Positions 43,789-60,581 are shown, numbered from the stretch's first letter. The stretch is 64,000 nt of DNA from Zygnema circumcarinatum SAG 698-1b (GCA_037447605.1 CM074805.1:2389361-2453360), one strand, 5' to 3'. Notes: a model not told the origin generated them from the letters alone. Program-made: numbers and translations.

Positions 43789-45180
43789 CTCGCAAACGAG
43801 GAGTGAATGAGTGATCAAAACAACCGTCGATCGGTTGAGTGTGCATGCAACGCCATGCAGTCGCGCATGCACTGTCATAAGCAGAAGCAAACAAGACATT
43901 GGCAGCCTGTTTGATGGCGGCCGGTTAAAATAGACGACTTCAAATTCATGTAAAACCAAGAGCTGACGCAGATAGGCAGTGCATGGGGAGAGCGCAAATG
44001 TCGATTATCGAGGGTTCAAATTTGTACTTCACGTGCACAAATCAGAGGGCTGAATGGGTGGTGGGGCATTGGTCTCACGATGGCGATGATGCCATAAAAT
44101 GTACATGGACAAATTCACGATTGCGTTTGTCTACAGTTGTCATAGTCGAATACTACATCTTTAGTTAAGAGGGATAAAAATAAATATGAGTACAACGACA
44201 GAAGTACAACTGCAATCATAGCCAGCTTTATAGAAAGCTCAATCGTGCAGGCCAAAGGGGAAATAATTCTCATAGAAGTTGGCAGGTCGCATCTTCTAGG
44301 GAACGTGTTCATTCACAACTTCAAAGCTATGAAATGTAAAGGTTCGAGCGAGTCAGCTTCCCATCCCTCCTAACAAAATGTTTGACCTTGGCGTCAAGGT
44401 CCTAGGCCTTCCCCGTGGGGTTAATTACAGTTGCCTTTCCCTTTAGGGTGCGCCGTCCATCGTGAGGTCAACACGATCCCTTATTTCCTCAGGCCCTTCC
44501 CCTTGTAAAGTACTTTTCTTTTTGCTTCAGATACAAAGAAGCTGAAGTCTTCATTAATCGTACGGTCTCTACGGTTTTGCCATGGCGATTCCAAGAGCGG
44601 TTTCTCAATAAGTAAGCTTTTCTTTTTTAACTATCTTATACTTAATGTAAACGCAGTTTTATAGAGGGGAAACTAAGCTAGAAGTGAGCGAGAGAGAAGC
44701 AGAGAGAGAAGGAGAGTGACAAGAGGGGAGAGAGAGGGGAGAGTGAGAGTAGAGAGAGGGGGAGGGAGAGTGAGAGGGAGAGGGGGAGAGAGACAGCATC
44801 CTCTAAGGCGAACAAGCGGAGATCGATAACTTAATGGACTCGATGGATGTGAGAACGTGAATAGATATTTGAACAAATTGAAGAGGATGATATTGGTATA
44901 AGGGATCAAAAGGGTCGCGAAAGTGGAGAAATTGCAGCAGGAGTTTTTGCGGTTGGAGGAGTAATATAAAGGGCAGTTTTTTGTGACGACCAGTGGCGCT
45001 TCATATGTACGGCGGTTTGTCACATTCGGTCAACGCAGCAACATGGCTGCAGTGTCCGGATACAACTACGGAACTACTACAACTACACTATTTTCACAAG
45101 CAGTGAACCTGCTACCAATTGTCCATTTACGGGAAGAAGTTCTCAGTAGAAGATTGCTCCAGCCTGCAGCTCCGAAGACC

Positions 45181-48100
45181 TCACATTTCCTCAACTTCGA
45201 GAACAAAGCCGCAAGCACACCTCTTGGTTCGAATGCCAGTCTCCTCGTCATAGTCCTGGTCCTCTTCAGAATACAGGTGCTCGTGAGCGGCTTCATCCTG
45301 TCTGCCTTGTGTTTGGGGCATGTCCGTACACTGCCTCCTGTTCAAAGTAATGAGTTCCCCGGTGGCTTCTCGTCCATCTCCCTCTCTGCCTACTCCGTCA
45401 CCGAGTTCTCCTCTCCCAACACTTGCAGCGATCGCAGCTTCAAGCACTTCGTCGTCCCTCATGCGGACATGCTCATTGTCACCCTTCACAGGGAGGGAAG
45501 ACGACTCGTCTTCGTAGGTCTCTCGCAAGCGCTGTCGAGTAGCAACTGCTCGAATCAGAAGACGCCACCTGGCAATAGCATTCTCTGTGCGCTTCCTTAA
45601 AAGTTTTTCTTCTCGTATTCGTTCTTCCGCCGTATACGCCTGCACAGAACCATCGTGTCTTTACACATTAGCAGCATGCCACAAACAAACCTACACCAAG
45701 AGAGATATTCTAGGTTTTAAGAGGCTGTTGATGGAGAACATAGCCAACTTAGCCAACTTAGCTGAGTAATACCTACGTTCGACCATTTTCATGGTTTTAC
45801 TTTGAAAAAAGTGCAAAGCCATTAAAGAGCATTAGGTCAAAACCTGCTTCATCCACTCAGGAATGTATGCAGGGTCCACACACATATTACCTTAGGGTGT
45901 TAAAACTCACACCACCAGTTTCACTCCAGCATTTCCACTGTTTGCACCAAAAGCATGAAGTGTTCTTCGTTTCTTGGATTCAGTTCAGAAACTTACATCC
46001 ATAATAACCTCTTCATGCTCCCTGCAGACGACAAGCCCTTCATATTTGGGCACTGATCGCCCTCCACGAATCTCGAACCCCACCATGGCCGGTGCATAGT
46101 CAAAGCCGAGTCGTTCCATAACAGGCACCAATCGCGGCAAGCGCAAGTGAACGGTGCCAGCTGGCAGACACCTTTCAGACCAAACATCTATCTGCCCACG
46201 CTCATTCTGACACCATCCAACAACCAGAAGAAGGACACATTCAGCCATAGAGATCATGTTAACTTCTACGATTGATAGCTAGTTTAGATGCCAATAATAA
46301 GTAGCCAAGTGGAACAGCATAGGTACTTGGTCAGCCTGCACTCACTCGTGGGATTCTTCCATTGACAGCAGGAGGAGGAGTCCACTCATCGGTCTGCCAT
46401 TTCCCAAAAAGTTCACTTACACTCCCTTCTCCTCCTTCTTCACTCATGTCCACCATCTCTTGTGTCTCGTCCTTGCCCGCTAGCCGAGACATTTTCACTA
46501 CCTGAAAGTAAAGGAAGTAAAATCATTCCTTCAGAAACAGGCCTTCCCTCTGAATAGTGCTGAAAGGGGAATAAAAACTGGCCTTGCACTCTAACACTGA
46601 AGCAACTCATGATTTATATATCGCGATTCAGTCTTTCTGTCACCTGACATTGTCAACTTTGAAGTTCCCTGCCACAGAAGCCTAGAACAGCGTACAGACG
46701 ATGAACCTCCGATAAGAAGCCCAGAGTATGGCAGTCAATCATCACCTTCACTGCAGCTTCTCCAGGACGTACTTTACGACATTCGCGCAGCCACCGGTCT
46801 CTCGTGTGCAGAATCTGCACACAGGAGCGGGGGTATACTGGCAACCCTCCACAGTAGCCAAGGACAGGGCCTCGGGGATGGAGAGTTTGATATTTGGTGA
46901 GCCATCTCTCTAACGCATACAATGGATGTGAGCGGTAGGCCTGTTTCCATGACAAAACCAGGTCAGCCCCTTACAATCAACATAAAGGATACGACAATGC
47001 AACAGCCAGTCTTTAAGTATAGGCGTGCACCATTTTGGACGGGCAAACAAGACTAGAAATTTTACATATGATGAACCCACCCTTTCCTCTTGGCTTGGGC
47101 ACTTCACCGCACCTGCTGATTCGTTGGCAATGGTTCTGTTGCAGTTCGCCTCTCCATCTCCGCATCCTCCATAGCACTCCTATCACCTATTTTTCTTAGC
47201 AACCCCTCCTCCCTATGGCGCACTCCATAATCTCCTTGATGCAGACTACCCCTAGACACACTTTCAAGTTTACTGCTCAGCAGCCCAGATTTGCCGCTTG
47301 ACTCGGCCCACTCGTTTGCGTTTCTCACATCACTAGTGTTTTTGAAGTCACAAAACTCGGTGTCCTGCACATGAATTCCTACAAAGCTCCTTTTTGGCGG
47401 TGTTTTTGATGGGGTAGTAACTAAACCATTGGCTATTTGACCATCTGAAGGTAATGAACTCCCGTTTACAGAAGGGCCTTCCACAAGAGGTTTCCTGGGG
47501 TTGCCAGATGTGGCAACTATTTCGAGCTGTTTCAAGGGCTGAAGAGTCTGATCCCACCACTCGCTCAGACGGTGAGGTATGACTGTTGACCAGCGAGTCA
47601 CATACCTGGCCAAATAACAACTTCGTAAAAGGTCAGCAAGCCTCCCCTTTGCAACTTCAGTGGATACATCATGCATCCTTCAAAAAAAATTCTAAAAACA
47701 ATCAATCACAAGCAGTCCCGCCTTTCCACTCTAAAAAATGACCCCAAAAAGACAGTTACACTTTCAAATACCTCACCTGCGGGTCACGTCTTTCGCTCCT
47801 CCTCCAGCAAATGCCACGATATAGCGAACTGGACCCTTACAGCCTCCAACAGTTTCCTCCGCAAGCCCGGGCTCATCTACCTTCCCTGCTACACAGTCAA
47901 CATGGACCCAACGTCCATTCCTGTCTCCCCCACAGTAAACCTCAGCCCAATGAAGTATTGGCTGCACATTGCGGGACCAGACTGTAATACCAGGACCGAT
48001 CTGCACATTCCTTCGTACAGCAAAAGTCGATTCATTCCCCAGTCGACCACCTAAAGTGGTCGGCGCTAATCGGCCGCCTCTTTTCCTGCCATTGCTTTTC

Positions 48101-51100
48101 AAAGGCTTCCTTATATCTTGAGGCACACAAAAATCTTCACTTAAGGCTTCCTGAGCAGTTTTTGCGGTCCCATACAACTCCCCATAGTCGGACACAGGAT
48201 TGGAACCCTGTAAATCTCCAAGGCCTCCTACTGCTGTTGCTGCTATGGCAATGGCCAATTCCTGCTCGTACTCTTCATCCCCCTTTCTAAATCTCTTTCC
48301 CTCCGGTGTTTCCTCCGTTCCTTGCTCGTCCTCAAGTCCAATTCCTTCCACAGCTACATGTCCTTGCTTTACACTCTCTCCCCCACCTCTCTGTCTACCT
48401 TTCCTTCCATCGTTAAGGGTCCCGGCTCTCCCATGTCTGCTATCAATCCGATCTTGTTTACCCCGCTCTCCGCTACTTTGCTGTGCTGCCAATGCCCTCC
48501 GGCCCTTCTCTGTTTTAGTGACTCTTTCTTGTCCATCACCCACTGCAACCTCTGCACCACCTTCAAGCCTATCCTGAACTTTCCCATGATTCCTAATGCG
48601 CTTCCGTTTTTGCTGACCCGGTTCGTCCACTTTATTCAAACCAACCTTTTCTCTACCCCCTCGCAGAACACGCTCCGAATTCCTGAATTCTTTTTCACCT
48701 TCTAATCCTTCCTGGGCCAGAATGGGCGATTCCCCTGCGTCAGCCCTTTTTGGAGGCAAGTCCTTTTCAACCGGTCTTCCTTGCAATGGCATTGACCCTA
48801 CATTCTGAGAAAGTGAACGAGCTAATGCCTGCCCAAGACTGACTCCTGCCATCCGCGATTCGAGCTGGTATTGGACTGTCTCGTTTGCTCCCAAGTTGCC
48901 TAAGTCAGGGTTCCATCCCTCTGATGCTTCTAAGGATTCTGCATCAGGTTTTAGTGATACGACATCAAGGATGGAGATAAACCTGATGCGAGGACACACC
49001 AGAAAATGTGGAGGACGAGTTAAAGCAGATTCTAGAACATATCAGAGCTGATGCGAGAATGTACGGAGCTCTGAACTTCACTCAGAGTAACGTTTTGGCA
49101 ATGCTATCATGCAGACAAACTAACTACATGACAAGACCATCACAGCAATTCAAGCTGCTCACCGCTCATATTCAGCCGCCGAGCAGACCCATGTTTTTCT
49201 GAGTCAAGAATGGGACAGGCAAGTCTTTCGTCAACTGAGAAGAGAACGCACCTTGTGGTCAAGCCCAACGCTCGGAGTAGCGCAACAGAGAGCACAGCGA
49301 GCTGGCAAGAGCACATGGCGATGGAAACAACAACGTCCAATAAGAATTAGACAGTTTTCATGTCCTCAACTTCAGTCCACACAAATATTCTTCACTTCAG
49401 TCAACCACACAGCGAGCCCTTGGATGTTATGAAAAATCGCAACTGAAATTTAGATGAACGCTCTCATTGTTTTCTTTTCAAGATTGCCAATGATATGGAT
49501 CTGCCTCCATGTTTTGCAAACCATCACTTCAACATGCTACATCCCAATCTTGACCAATTTGCAGGCAAGTTCCTTCACATTGTCCCTGCTCATACATTGT
49601 GCTTTTACCTCTTCCACCGTTCCCTCTCGTCGCTCAAGCACCTCATGCAGCCGTCGCTCAGGTTCTAACCGGCCTGCGCTTGTAGATTGATTATATTTCT
49701 GGTTTCCCATAGGCAGGACTTTAAAGACGTCTGAAAACTGCAAGAAGGCGTCATATCAACCCCCCAAGCCAAGAACTTGCCAAAGTGAGCCGCTGCGTGC
49801 AACCCGACAGCACAAGGCTCTGAAACCAACCTATGGTTGCCAACTGAAACGAGAGTAGAACTATCAAGGCTTGAAAATGAACATGAATTACAAAGCAACT
49901 CACGGTGAGGGTGAACTACATGTGACCCAACGGCTTCCACTTAGAAAAGAGTTATTTTTTTGCTCAGATCAAGCCAAAAAAATATGGAAGAGAAAAAAAA
50001 ACAAGACACCCACCCATTTGGCGAGCAGCTTCAGGCGGACAGCTGTCATATTCTCAGGGCTCCCTGAGGGTGTCACTGGACTGGGGAGGACGGAAAGCAT
50101 GGCTGCCTGCAGTTGAGGGCAATACACGATTCTAAAGGAAGGATTGAACCATCAAAGGAACAAGGAAACCAAGTTGGGAGTTAAATGGTAGTGATTGGCA
50201 AACAATAGAAGACTAGTGCTTGAATGGACATACGTTCAATTGCTTTGAACCTGCGTAAATGACCGAGTCAACATTTCCTGAAACTGGCTTTCGCAAAATC
50301 TGTTAAGAGCTGTGTTTCATCTACAGACAAGCAAACAATTCATTTTCAAAAAATGGTTTGGAGTCAATTTTCAGGAGACCAATGCGCAATTCCTCGGAAA
50401 TACGCTTTCACTATTTGAGCTTGAAAGCAAAACTACACTTGCCTGAAGCAATATGTCATTGCAGGAAGCCTCCACTGCGATTCCCCGCGCCAACAGGCAG
50501 AGCAGATGACTCTGATGGACCATGCGAGAGAATTCCTGCAGCAAGGAAGCGAGCAATTCAGTTATATGTGTTCACATATCGAGCCTGATTCCGAGATGCA
50601 GCCATTTCCTCCTAATTCCCATATTGTTCACTTTCCCCTCTACCAACTTGACATCTGGCTGACACCAATTACTCTCACCTTATCCATTGCATTAGCTCTC
50701 CTCCCACCAGTTTTTCCTCGCTGCTTGCCTGAAGGCACTGACTTCTCCACCTCTAGCTGAATGTCACCAGAAAACTCCCCAACCATTTCAGGAATCGACC
50801 TTTGGAAAGTCTCGTCATCTTCCCACTCTTCCTCATCCTCTTCCTCCTGCATTTGTGCACTGCCTTCGAAAACACCAAGGTCGCCATTTGAAACTCTGAA
50901 GGTTCCATCGTTTTTATCCAGTTCCTGCCTTTTATTAGGACTCTCAATCTTCTCTCCGACTCCTGGCGGTTCGGCCTCTTGTTTCGTGTCAAACCTTCTT
51001 TTTACTTCCCCAAGCTTCTGTTCGCCACTTCTTCTGTTGTCAAGAAGACCCTGTTTCAGCAATATTCCCCGAGAACGAACATTTAGAAAGACCTCAAGCA

Positions 51101-53314
51101 ACATGTAAAGGTTTCCAGAAGCCTGAATCTGGGAGGACTTACAGTTGACAAAGAAATCCGATATGAGCAAACGAGAGTTAAGGGTCAATCAAGGAGACTT
51201 CGGAGAAACAAAAACCGAATGATCGCATAGGCTTCAAGCGCCGGGAGATCAAGTATGGTTCAAAGAAAACATTCATGTCATCAGTGAATTCAATAAACAT
51301 TCAATGAATATATTGGTCATCCCAACTGAAGGAAAGAAATTCTGTAGTGACTACTATCCAGATGAAATAGATGACTGAACAACAGGTGGATCAGCAGGAA
51401 CAAAAAAAATCAACTTCCACTTGCATCCTATGGTGATCGTGCAATCATTCTGCAGGTGCTTCCAGAAGAGAAATATACCAAGCGCTAGTGAAACATTGCT
51501 CAACCAAAAAATTCCTTCCAATGACTATGGACACGGCCTTCTGAGTCTCCAGACGCGCCGGAACTCCGGCGAAACGAAAAGAACTGTTAGTGTGGTCAGC
51601 TTTAGAAAAGGGATTTCATCATTCAATGGAACAAACTTTTTCTGAAAGTGATCAACGATTTTCTCTCCCATGCACTTAAGATTCACGTACAACCACTTTA
51701 CAGCAGGAGTATGGATTTCATGGTGACAAGTCCTGAGGTCAGTAGTCGTATCACTTCGTGTCTTGCCAACTTTAATTTTGCAAAAAATGCACAATGTTCG
51801 TTGCTTACATGCTTTGAAAAACTTGGCGATTGATCTAAGAAGCTAGCTCATGGCTCATTTGTCCACTGGTACATTAACACAGTGAGGAAATGTCCAGCTT
51901 GACTTAACTCTGTAATCGGATACTTTGTGCATCTCGTGTGTCCCGGGTACCTCGGGTACACAGTCAGGCGACCTCAATGTTTCCATGAAGATCTTGTATG
52001 AATCCAAGTTGACTAACTCCAACACTTATAGAAGATGGGATGAAGATGAGCTTGTTATAGCACGAAGAACCACAATGACAACGTTGGTAGCATAATTCTG
52101 TGATTTAAACCATTGTTAGTGATGGCTGTCGTTCTTCACCTTTGACGGTGCGGCTTGTCCTTTCCCACCCGCCTCCTTGCGATGCGGCTTCCGCTCAAGA
52201 ATCTTCCCCACGCTTTCCCGAGATGCATTTGCCAGAGTGCCTGTCCCGTCGAAAGAGGCCACGGCTTCAGACAGAAGACAGTTATAGGCAAGAATTTGGC
52301 AGAAACTGCGATTAGCATCTGTCTCAACAGAATACTGTTAAGCTTCAATAGCCGAGAGATTGAGTGATAAAAAATGGCACTCACTGTTCTCGCCGCAATC
52401 AGCATCGTTTCCATTGTCATTCGCATTCTCTCCACTCCGCCCATGCAGGGAGTGAAGCAAACTGTTCAATGCTGCTCCATATCACAATGCTATAGGTCAG
52501 GTCAGTAACAGAAGAAGGCGAGATCAACACCCGCAAAACCTCGCCCAACGGCTGCACTCACAACATGCCTTTAGCCCACTGCATTCACATTAGGAACTTA
52601 GGCAAGCTCTCAAATTCGAAGCATCGCAAAGGACCACAAAGTGGCATGACGAATAGTGGGAAATTCAAGGGTTCCATTGGATTGCCACAAACCATTTCCA
52701 ACAAGCGAACCTTATTTGTTTATCAGGGCTGCCTAAATTGATTCCAACTCAAAAAAGGGTTTTGTGATAAGCAAAAAGAGTCTTATTCGAAAGGGGCTAC
52801 AGGCTTATGCACTTAACCCCCTTGCGAGTTTATCCTAACTTTCTCAGTATCATGGTTGAGTATACGGAGCCCACTCGACAGTATTCTGACATTAAAGGCA
52901 CAATTCTATTATTAAGTAATTCGAGAATGTCCTGTTGGCGCCGACCAAAGCTTTCACTCTGTTGGAATTGAATGCCCCATCAATAGACTGGACAGATTAA
53001 GGTTTTTACGGGTGTGACTCTGCCCACCTGATTCATTCGTCTGCGGGAGTTGCTTTGAGAGTCGCCGAGTCGCCTGAAAAGATAAAGCAAGTTGAAACCA
53101 AAAGCATTAAGCTTGAAGCTTTCGTTTAATTGAAATGTATTTCGAAACAAGCAAACACGACGGCTTTAAATTCAGTGATTGGGCGATGAAGAGAGAAAGG
53201 AAATCTTAAAAGGAGTCAAGAAAAAGCAAAATAAGACGATTAAGTCCATAAATTTGGCAAACTAAACCATGCTCCAAGCAAAAAGATGTTCAGACAGCTT
53301 ACCCGATTATTCAT
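45181..53314 (-). CDS. RAD4: XPC/RAD4 nucleotide-excision-repair damage sensor, multi-exon
   Basis: Exons encode TLANASRESVGKILER, EFSRMVHQSHLLCLLARG, LSVALLRALGLTTR, HWAEVYCGG..GRWVHVD, YIVAFAGGGAKDVTRR, EPLPTNQQ, HPLYALERWL, NERGQIDVWSERCLPAGTVHLRLP, PAMVGFE and CACGFVLEVEEM*. The ATG at 53314 and micro-exons 53314-53303 and 53074-53029 are inferred from phase-compatible splice sites, so the 5' end is lower confidence. Confidence 0.92.
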
Positions 53315-53562
53315 AGTGGCAACAAGGCAGAACAATAGGAAACTATTCCATCACCTCAGGCTTAGAGCCCGTCCCTACAGAGTTCTTTCATTTCCCATAC
53401 AATAGGCCCATACACCCAGTGCTCCTACAGCTGTCCTCCTTCTAGCTCCATATTATACTGTTAGGAAGACTGCCGTCGTCGTAATGCCCGTTCCTTGAAA
53501 TTTCGCCGCGGCTGCTCGAGACCTCCTTGATCTCTTCAAGGCCCCTTCAGGAGCGTCGGGCC

Positions 53563-53641
53563 CTCTCCTCTCCTCCCTTCTCCTCTCCTCTCCTCCCCTC
53601 TCCTCTCCTCTCCTCTCCTCCCCTCTCCTCTCCTCTCCTCT
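53563..53641. repeat. (CTCTC)n pentamer array upstream of RAD4
   Basis: Run of ctctc/ctccc units. Confidence 0.85.
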
Positions 53642-53780
53642 CGGCCTCTGCCCTCCTGCTTGTCCCAGCGCTTGCAGTTCGCCTCCAAGCGAGGCCACGG
53701 CTGGAAAGCTCCAGCGCTTTAGCAAACCGCGGGGCGAGTTTTTCCCAAAAACCGGCGTAGCAAGTTTCTCCTTTCGGGAT

Positions 53781-54134
53781 CGTCACGTCACGTGGTCGGT
53801 CGCTGGCGGACTCGATTGCCACGTCATCTGGACGGAGTGCGATTGGGCCACGTGGCCTTCCTGTCCGGACCCACGTGGTTCGCCCATTGACGGTTGCACG
53901 CCTGCATGGCATCTCGCGGAGCGCAGCCCAACCGTCAGATTGCGGCCGAAGGACACGTGCATGCCAAAATCTCAAAAATGTTTTCCTTGCGACAGCCAAC
54001 TGCCATAGAGCGGCGTGATGACATGCGGAACGTAGCGGAGACGTGGCGTGTCGACACGTGGCGTGCTCACGGGCAAAGTCCGAAAATCTCGCAAGCGGCA
54101 ATCGAACGGTCAAGGTGCATCGTGGGAACACGTG
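53781..54134. promoter_or_regulatory. G-box/ABRE-like cluster upstream of RAD4
   Basis: CACGTG at 53789, 53849, 53872, 53954, 54055 and 54129, plus other ACGT cores. Function is inferred from the known plant bZIP/bHLH motif. Confidence 0.55.
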
Positions 54135-54743
54135 GCGTTTCCATGTGAAAGCCTGGAAAAACATTTGCTTGAAGGGGATGACATGGACCACTGCAATGCA
54201 CCTTCTTGTGCCTTATTAGAAAATAAGGCACAGCTCGCAGAGTCTCCATGGTCGACAAGGAAGTAGGAAAATGGGGATATGTGTCATGGCATCAAGATCT
54301 TTTTATCCTACACGAGACTACATTGTCGACTGCATAAAACCAACCTGCTAGCAATCGCGTCATGCTCCACACATACAATGACAGACGTGTCATCTCTAAA
54401 TGGTACCTACATCCACAATTCCATTCATGAGAAATCGAACAAGCAAAAGGTAAACTTCGTCAGTTCATAGACCAAAACTTCGTATTTATTTACACTTCCT
54501 GCTCTCTCCTTCCATATCCAACCCGACGGTAGATGAACAACACCTCCGTTGTTTAGGAACCCACTAACAGACAAAAACAATGCGGCGACTCGTCGCAGCC
54601 GAACCGACAGACGTTGTGGCCAGACAGCATCCCTTTCCTAATTTCATGCTTTCCTACTAGAACAGTTCGCCCCCCAAGTATAGTACATGAGAAGGGATAC
54701 ACTCCACCTAGCTGGTGACCTACGGTCCATATTCTTAAGATTT

Positions 54744-58623
<3,880 letters not shown>

Positions 58624-59006
58624 GCAGTCGGTGGGATCAGGCGGTCCCAAAGCAATCCGTGACGAGTGTGCAGTGTACGGCCCTGTCCCTGTACAACCGA
58701 GGCCAACACGCTGTTCCGTGTAAGTCAGAGGAATCGGAAACGAGAGGTCTGCCGCTCTTTGCCGCACAGTTCCGTAAACGGCTTTACGGCGAACGACTGT
58801 AACTGGGACTGCGCATGTGTACAGTATAAGAACTGGAATTGAAATTTCCCATTCTATTGTCAAAGATGATCCACTATAAATAACGCAATGACGACCAGAT
58901 GCGTCCCCCCTTCAGTGCGTGCGCGAACCGCGATCCGACGATGGAACTTTGTCAACCACCAAATAGACACGTGGCGCATTTTCGACCGTCGACATTGTAT
59001 TAAACC

Positions 59007-59478
59007 AGATTTGAGATAAGGTACGCGCGCGGCCCACCGTTTTCAGCCACACCTTTCCTCCCCGGGCAGCTCGCGGCCAACCTTGAGCTGCGCGGATGAC
59101 GCACGCCCAATCGCAACCATTGGATCCAATGGTTGATCCAACCCATGGCCCGTCCAACGCATGGCCCGAAATGACTTGGGCTGCCGTGTCCGTCCGCGAT
59201 TGGGCGAGCGTCGGCCGGGCAGCTGAAATTCTTTCCGGTCCTCCGTCGCCGCGAGTACGAGCAGGTGCAGCCCCCCTTCGGAGCGTCACGTCACGTCGCG
59301 CGCACCGTACGTGACCATTCCCCCACGGCGGTGGCGCCACCTGACTGTCCATACAGTCTTATCCAAGATTTGAGATGAGGTAGACGCGCGGCCCACCATT
59401 TCGGGCCACACCTTTCCTCTCCGGGCAGCTCGCGGCCAACCTTGAGCTGCCCGGACGGCGCTCGCCCAATCGCGGACG
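59007..59478. repeat. Modular direct and inverted repeats in the MDAR4 / unknown-gene divergent spacer
   Basis: 108-bp direct repeats at 59007-59114 and 59366-59473 (96/108 identical by hand alignment). 59191-59224 is an inverted copy of 59445-59478 (32/34). Confidence 0.9.
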
Positions 59479-59626
59479 CTTACGTCGCGCACACGGCAGC
59501 CAAAACCATTTCAGGGCTGCCCGGGGCCCACCCCAAGGCCACGCCCTCCAGCCCGGGCCATCATTTCTCCCTCACTCACCTCACCCTCTCTCTCTCTCTC
59601 TCTCTCTCTCCCTCTCTTGCTCATCC

Positions 59627-60581
59627 ATGGCCGTGCAGAAGGCTGCAGCTGCTTTGTGCGCCTTATGGCTGCAAGCGATGCAACTGCTCGCAGCAGCGCT
59701 AAGCAGCGGGTTGAAGGCTGCTGTAGCGGCCCGCACGCAGCTTGAAGTCCTTGCCTTCGATTTTTGCAGTGTCCCATGGCTGGTCGTCATGGAAAATCTT
59801 GGATACAGCTTGCTGGACACGGCTTGGTTCTGGCTGGGTGTGGGCGCCAAAGAAGTCGGAAAGACATACCTTTCCGTTGTGGATTGGCTGCACAAGGAGT
59901 TCGCAAGGGAGTTAGCCATTCCTCGCCGGGTATGACCTGCTGCACCTTATAAAGATTTCAAGCCTTTTGTTTTGAGGGTTGTTAGCATCAAAAAGTTCTT
60001 TGCCTTGGTGCTTGCTTTTGTATGGATGAGTTTTTTGGGTTGGTATGCATATGCTGGACTAATGTGGCGCTTGTTGTCTCTTGTTGGCAATACAGGTTCC
60101 CCCGACCGTGAAGACAGATCCCGCATATTACTCGCCGCTCTATACGCCTCACCCGCCATTTAATACCAGGCAGTCCAGGCTGTATGAGCCTGAGCCTGAG
60201 CCGCCATTTAGTGCCAGGCAGTCCGGCTTCCGTGACTCATCAGTGTTCAGTGCGAGCCAACTGGCGTTCCGTGAGCCGCCATTTAGTGCCAGGCAGTCCG
60301 GCTTCCGTGACTCATCAGTGTTCAGTGCGAGCCAACTGGCGTTCCGTGAGCCGCAATACAGCCGCCGCCACAGTAGTACTCGGGAGGGGGAAAGGCGAAT
60401 GGCAGTGAATTTGCCAAATCCCATTCCGCAAAGCTTCTCCTCTTGGAGAATGAAGCATGAAAAAGGATGGCAAGAAGTAGCTGAATTAGCTTCTATTCGT
60501 GAAAGGTTGAATGATTGGGATCGCGAGAGGAATCGTTTCTCGGGCTGGCACGTGAATTTGGACTTGCCCCGAAACCGCTGA
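59627..60581 (+). CDS. Two-exon protein of unknown family (about 262 aa) with a hydrophobic N-terminus and an internal 25-aa tandem repeat
   Basis: ATG 59627 follows a CT-rich leader. Exon 1 (59627-59929) ends CGG|GTATGA and exon 2 starts TACAG|GTT at 60096. Both are phase 0, joining ORF 59627..59935 to ORF 60081..60581. I recognise no domain. Confidence 0.6.
60197..60354 (+). repeat. Perfect 75-bp in-frame tandem duplication
   Basis: 60197-60271 equals 60272-60346, followed by a partial third unit. The unit encodes EPPFSARQSGFRDSSVFSASQLAFR. Confidence 0.95.

Noticed and set aside
44439-44449. ACCCTAAA on the minus strand as a possible telomerase RNA template
   Set aside because: Only 8 nt. 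It lies inside rather than upstream of the putative pseudoknot, and no convincing USE promoter element was seen.
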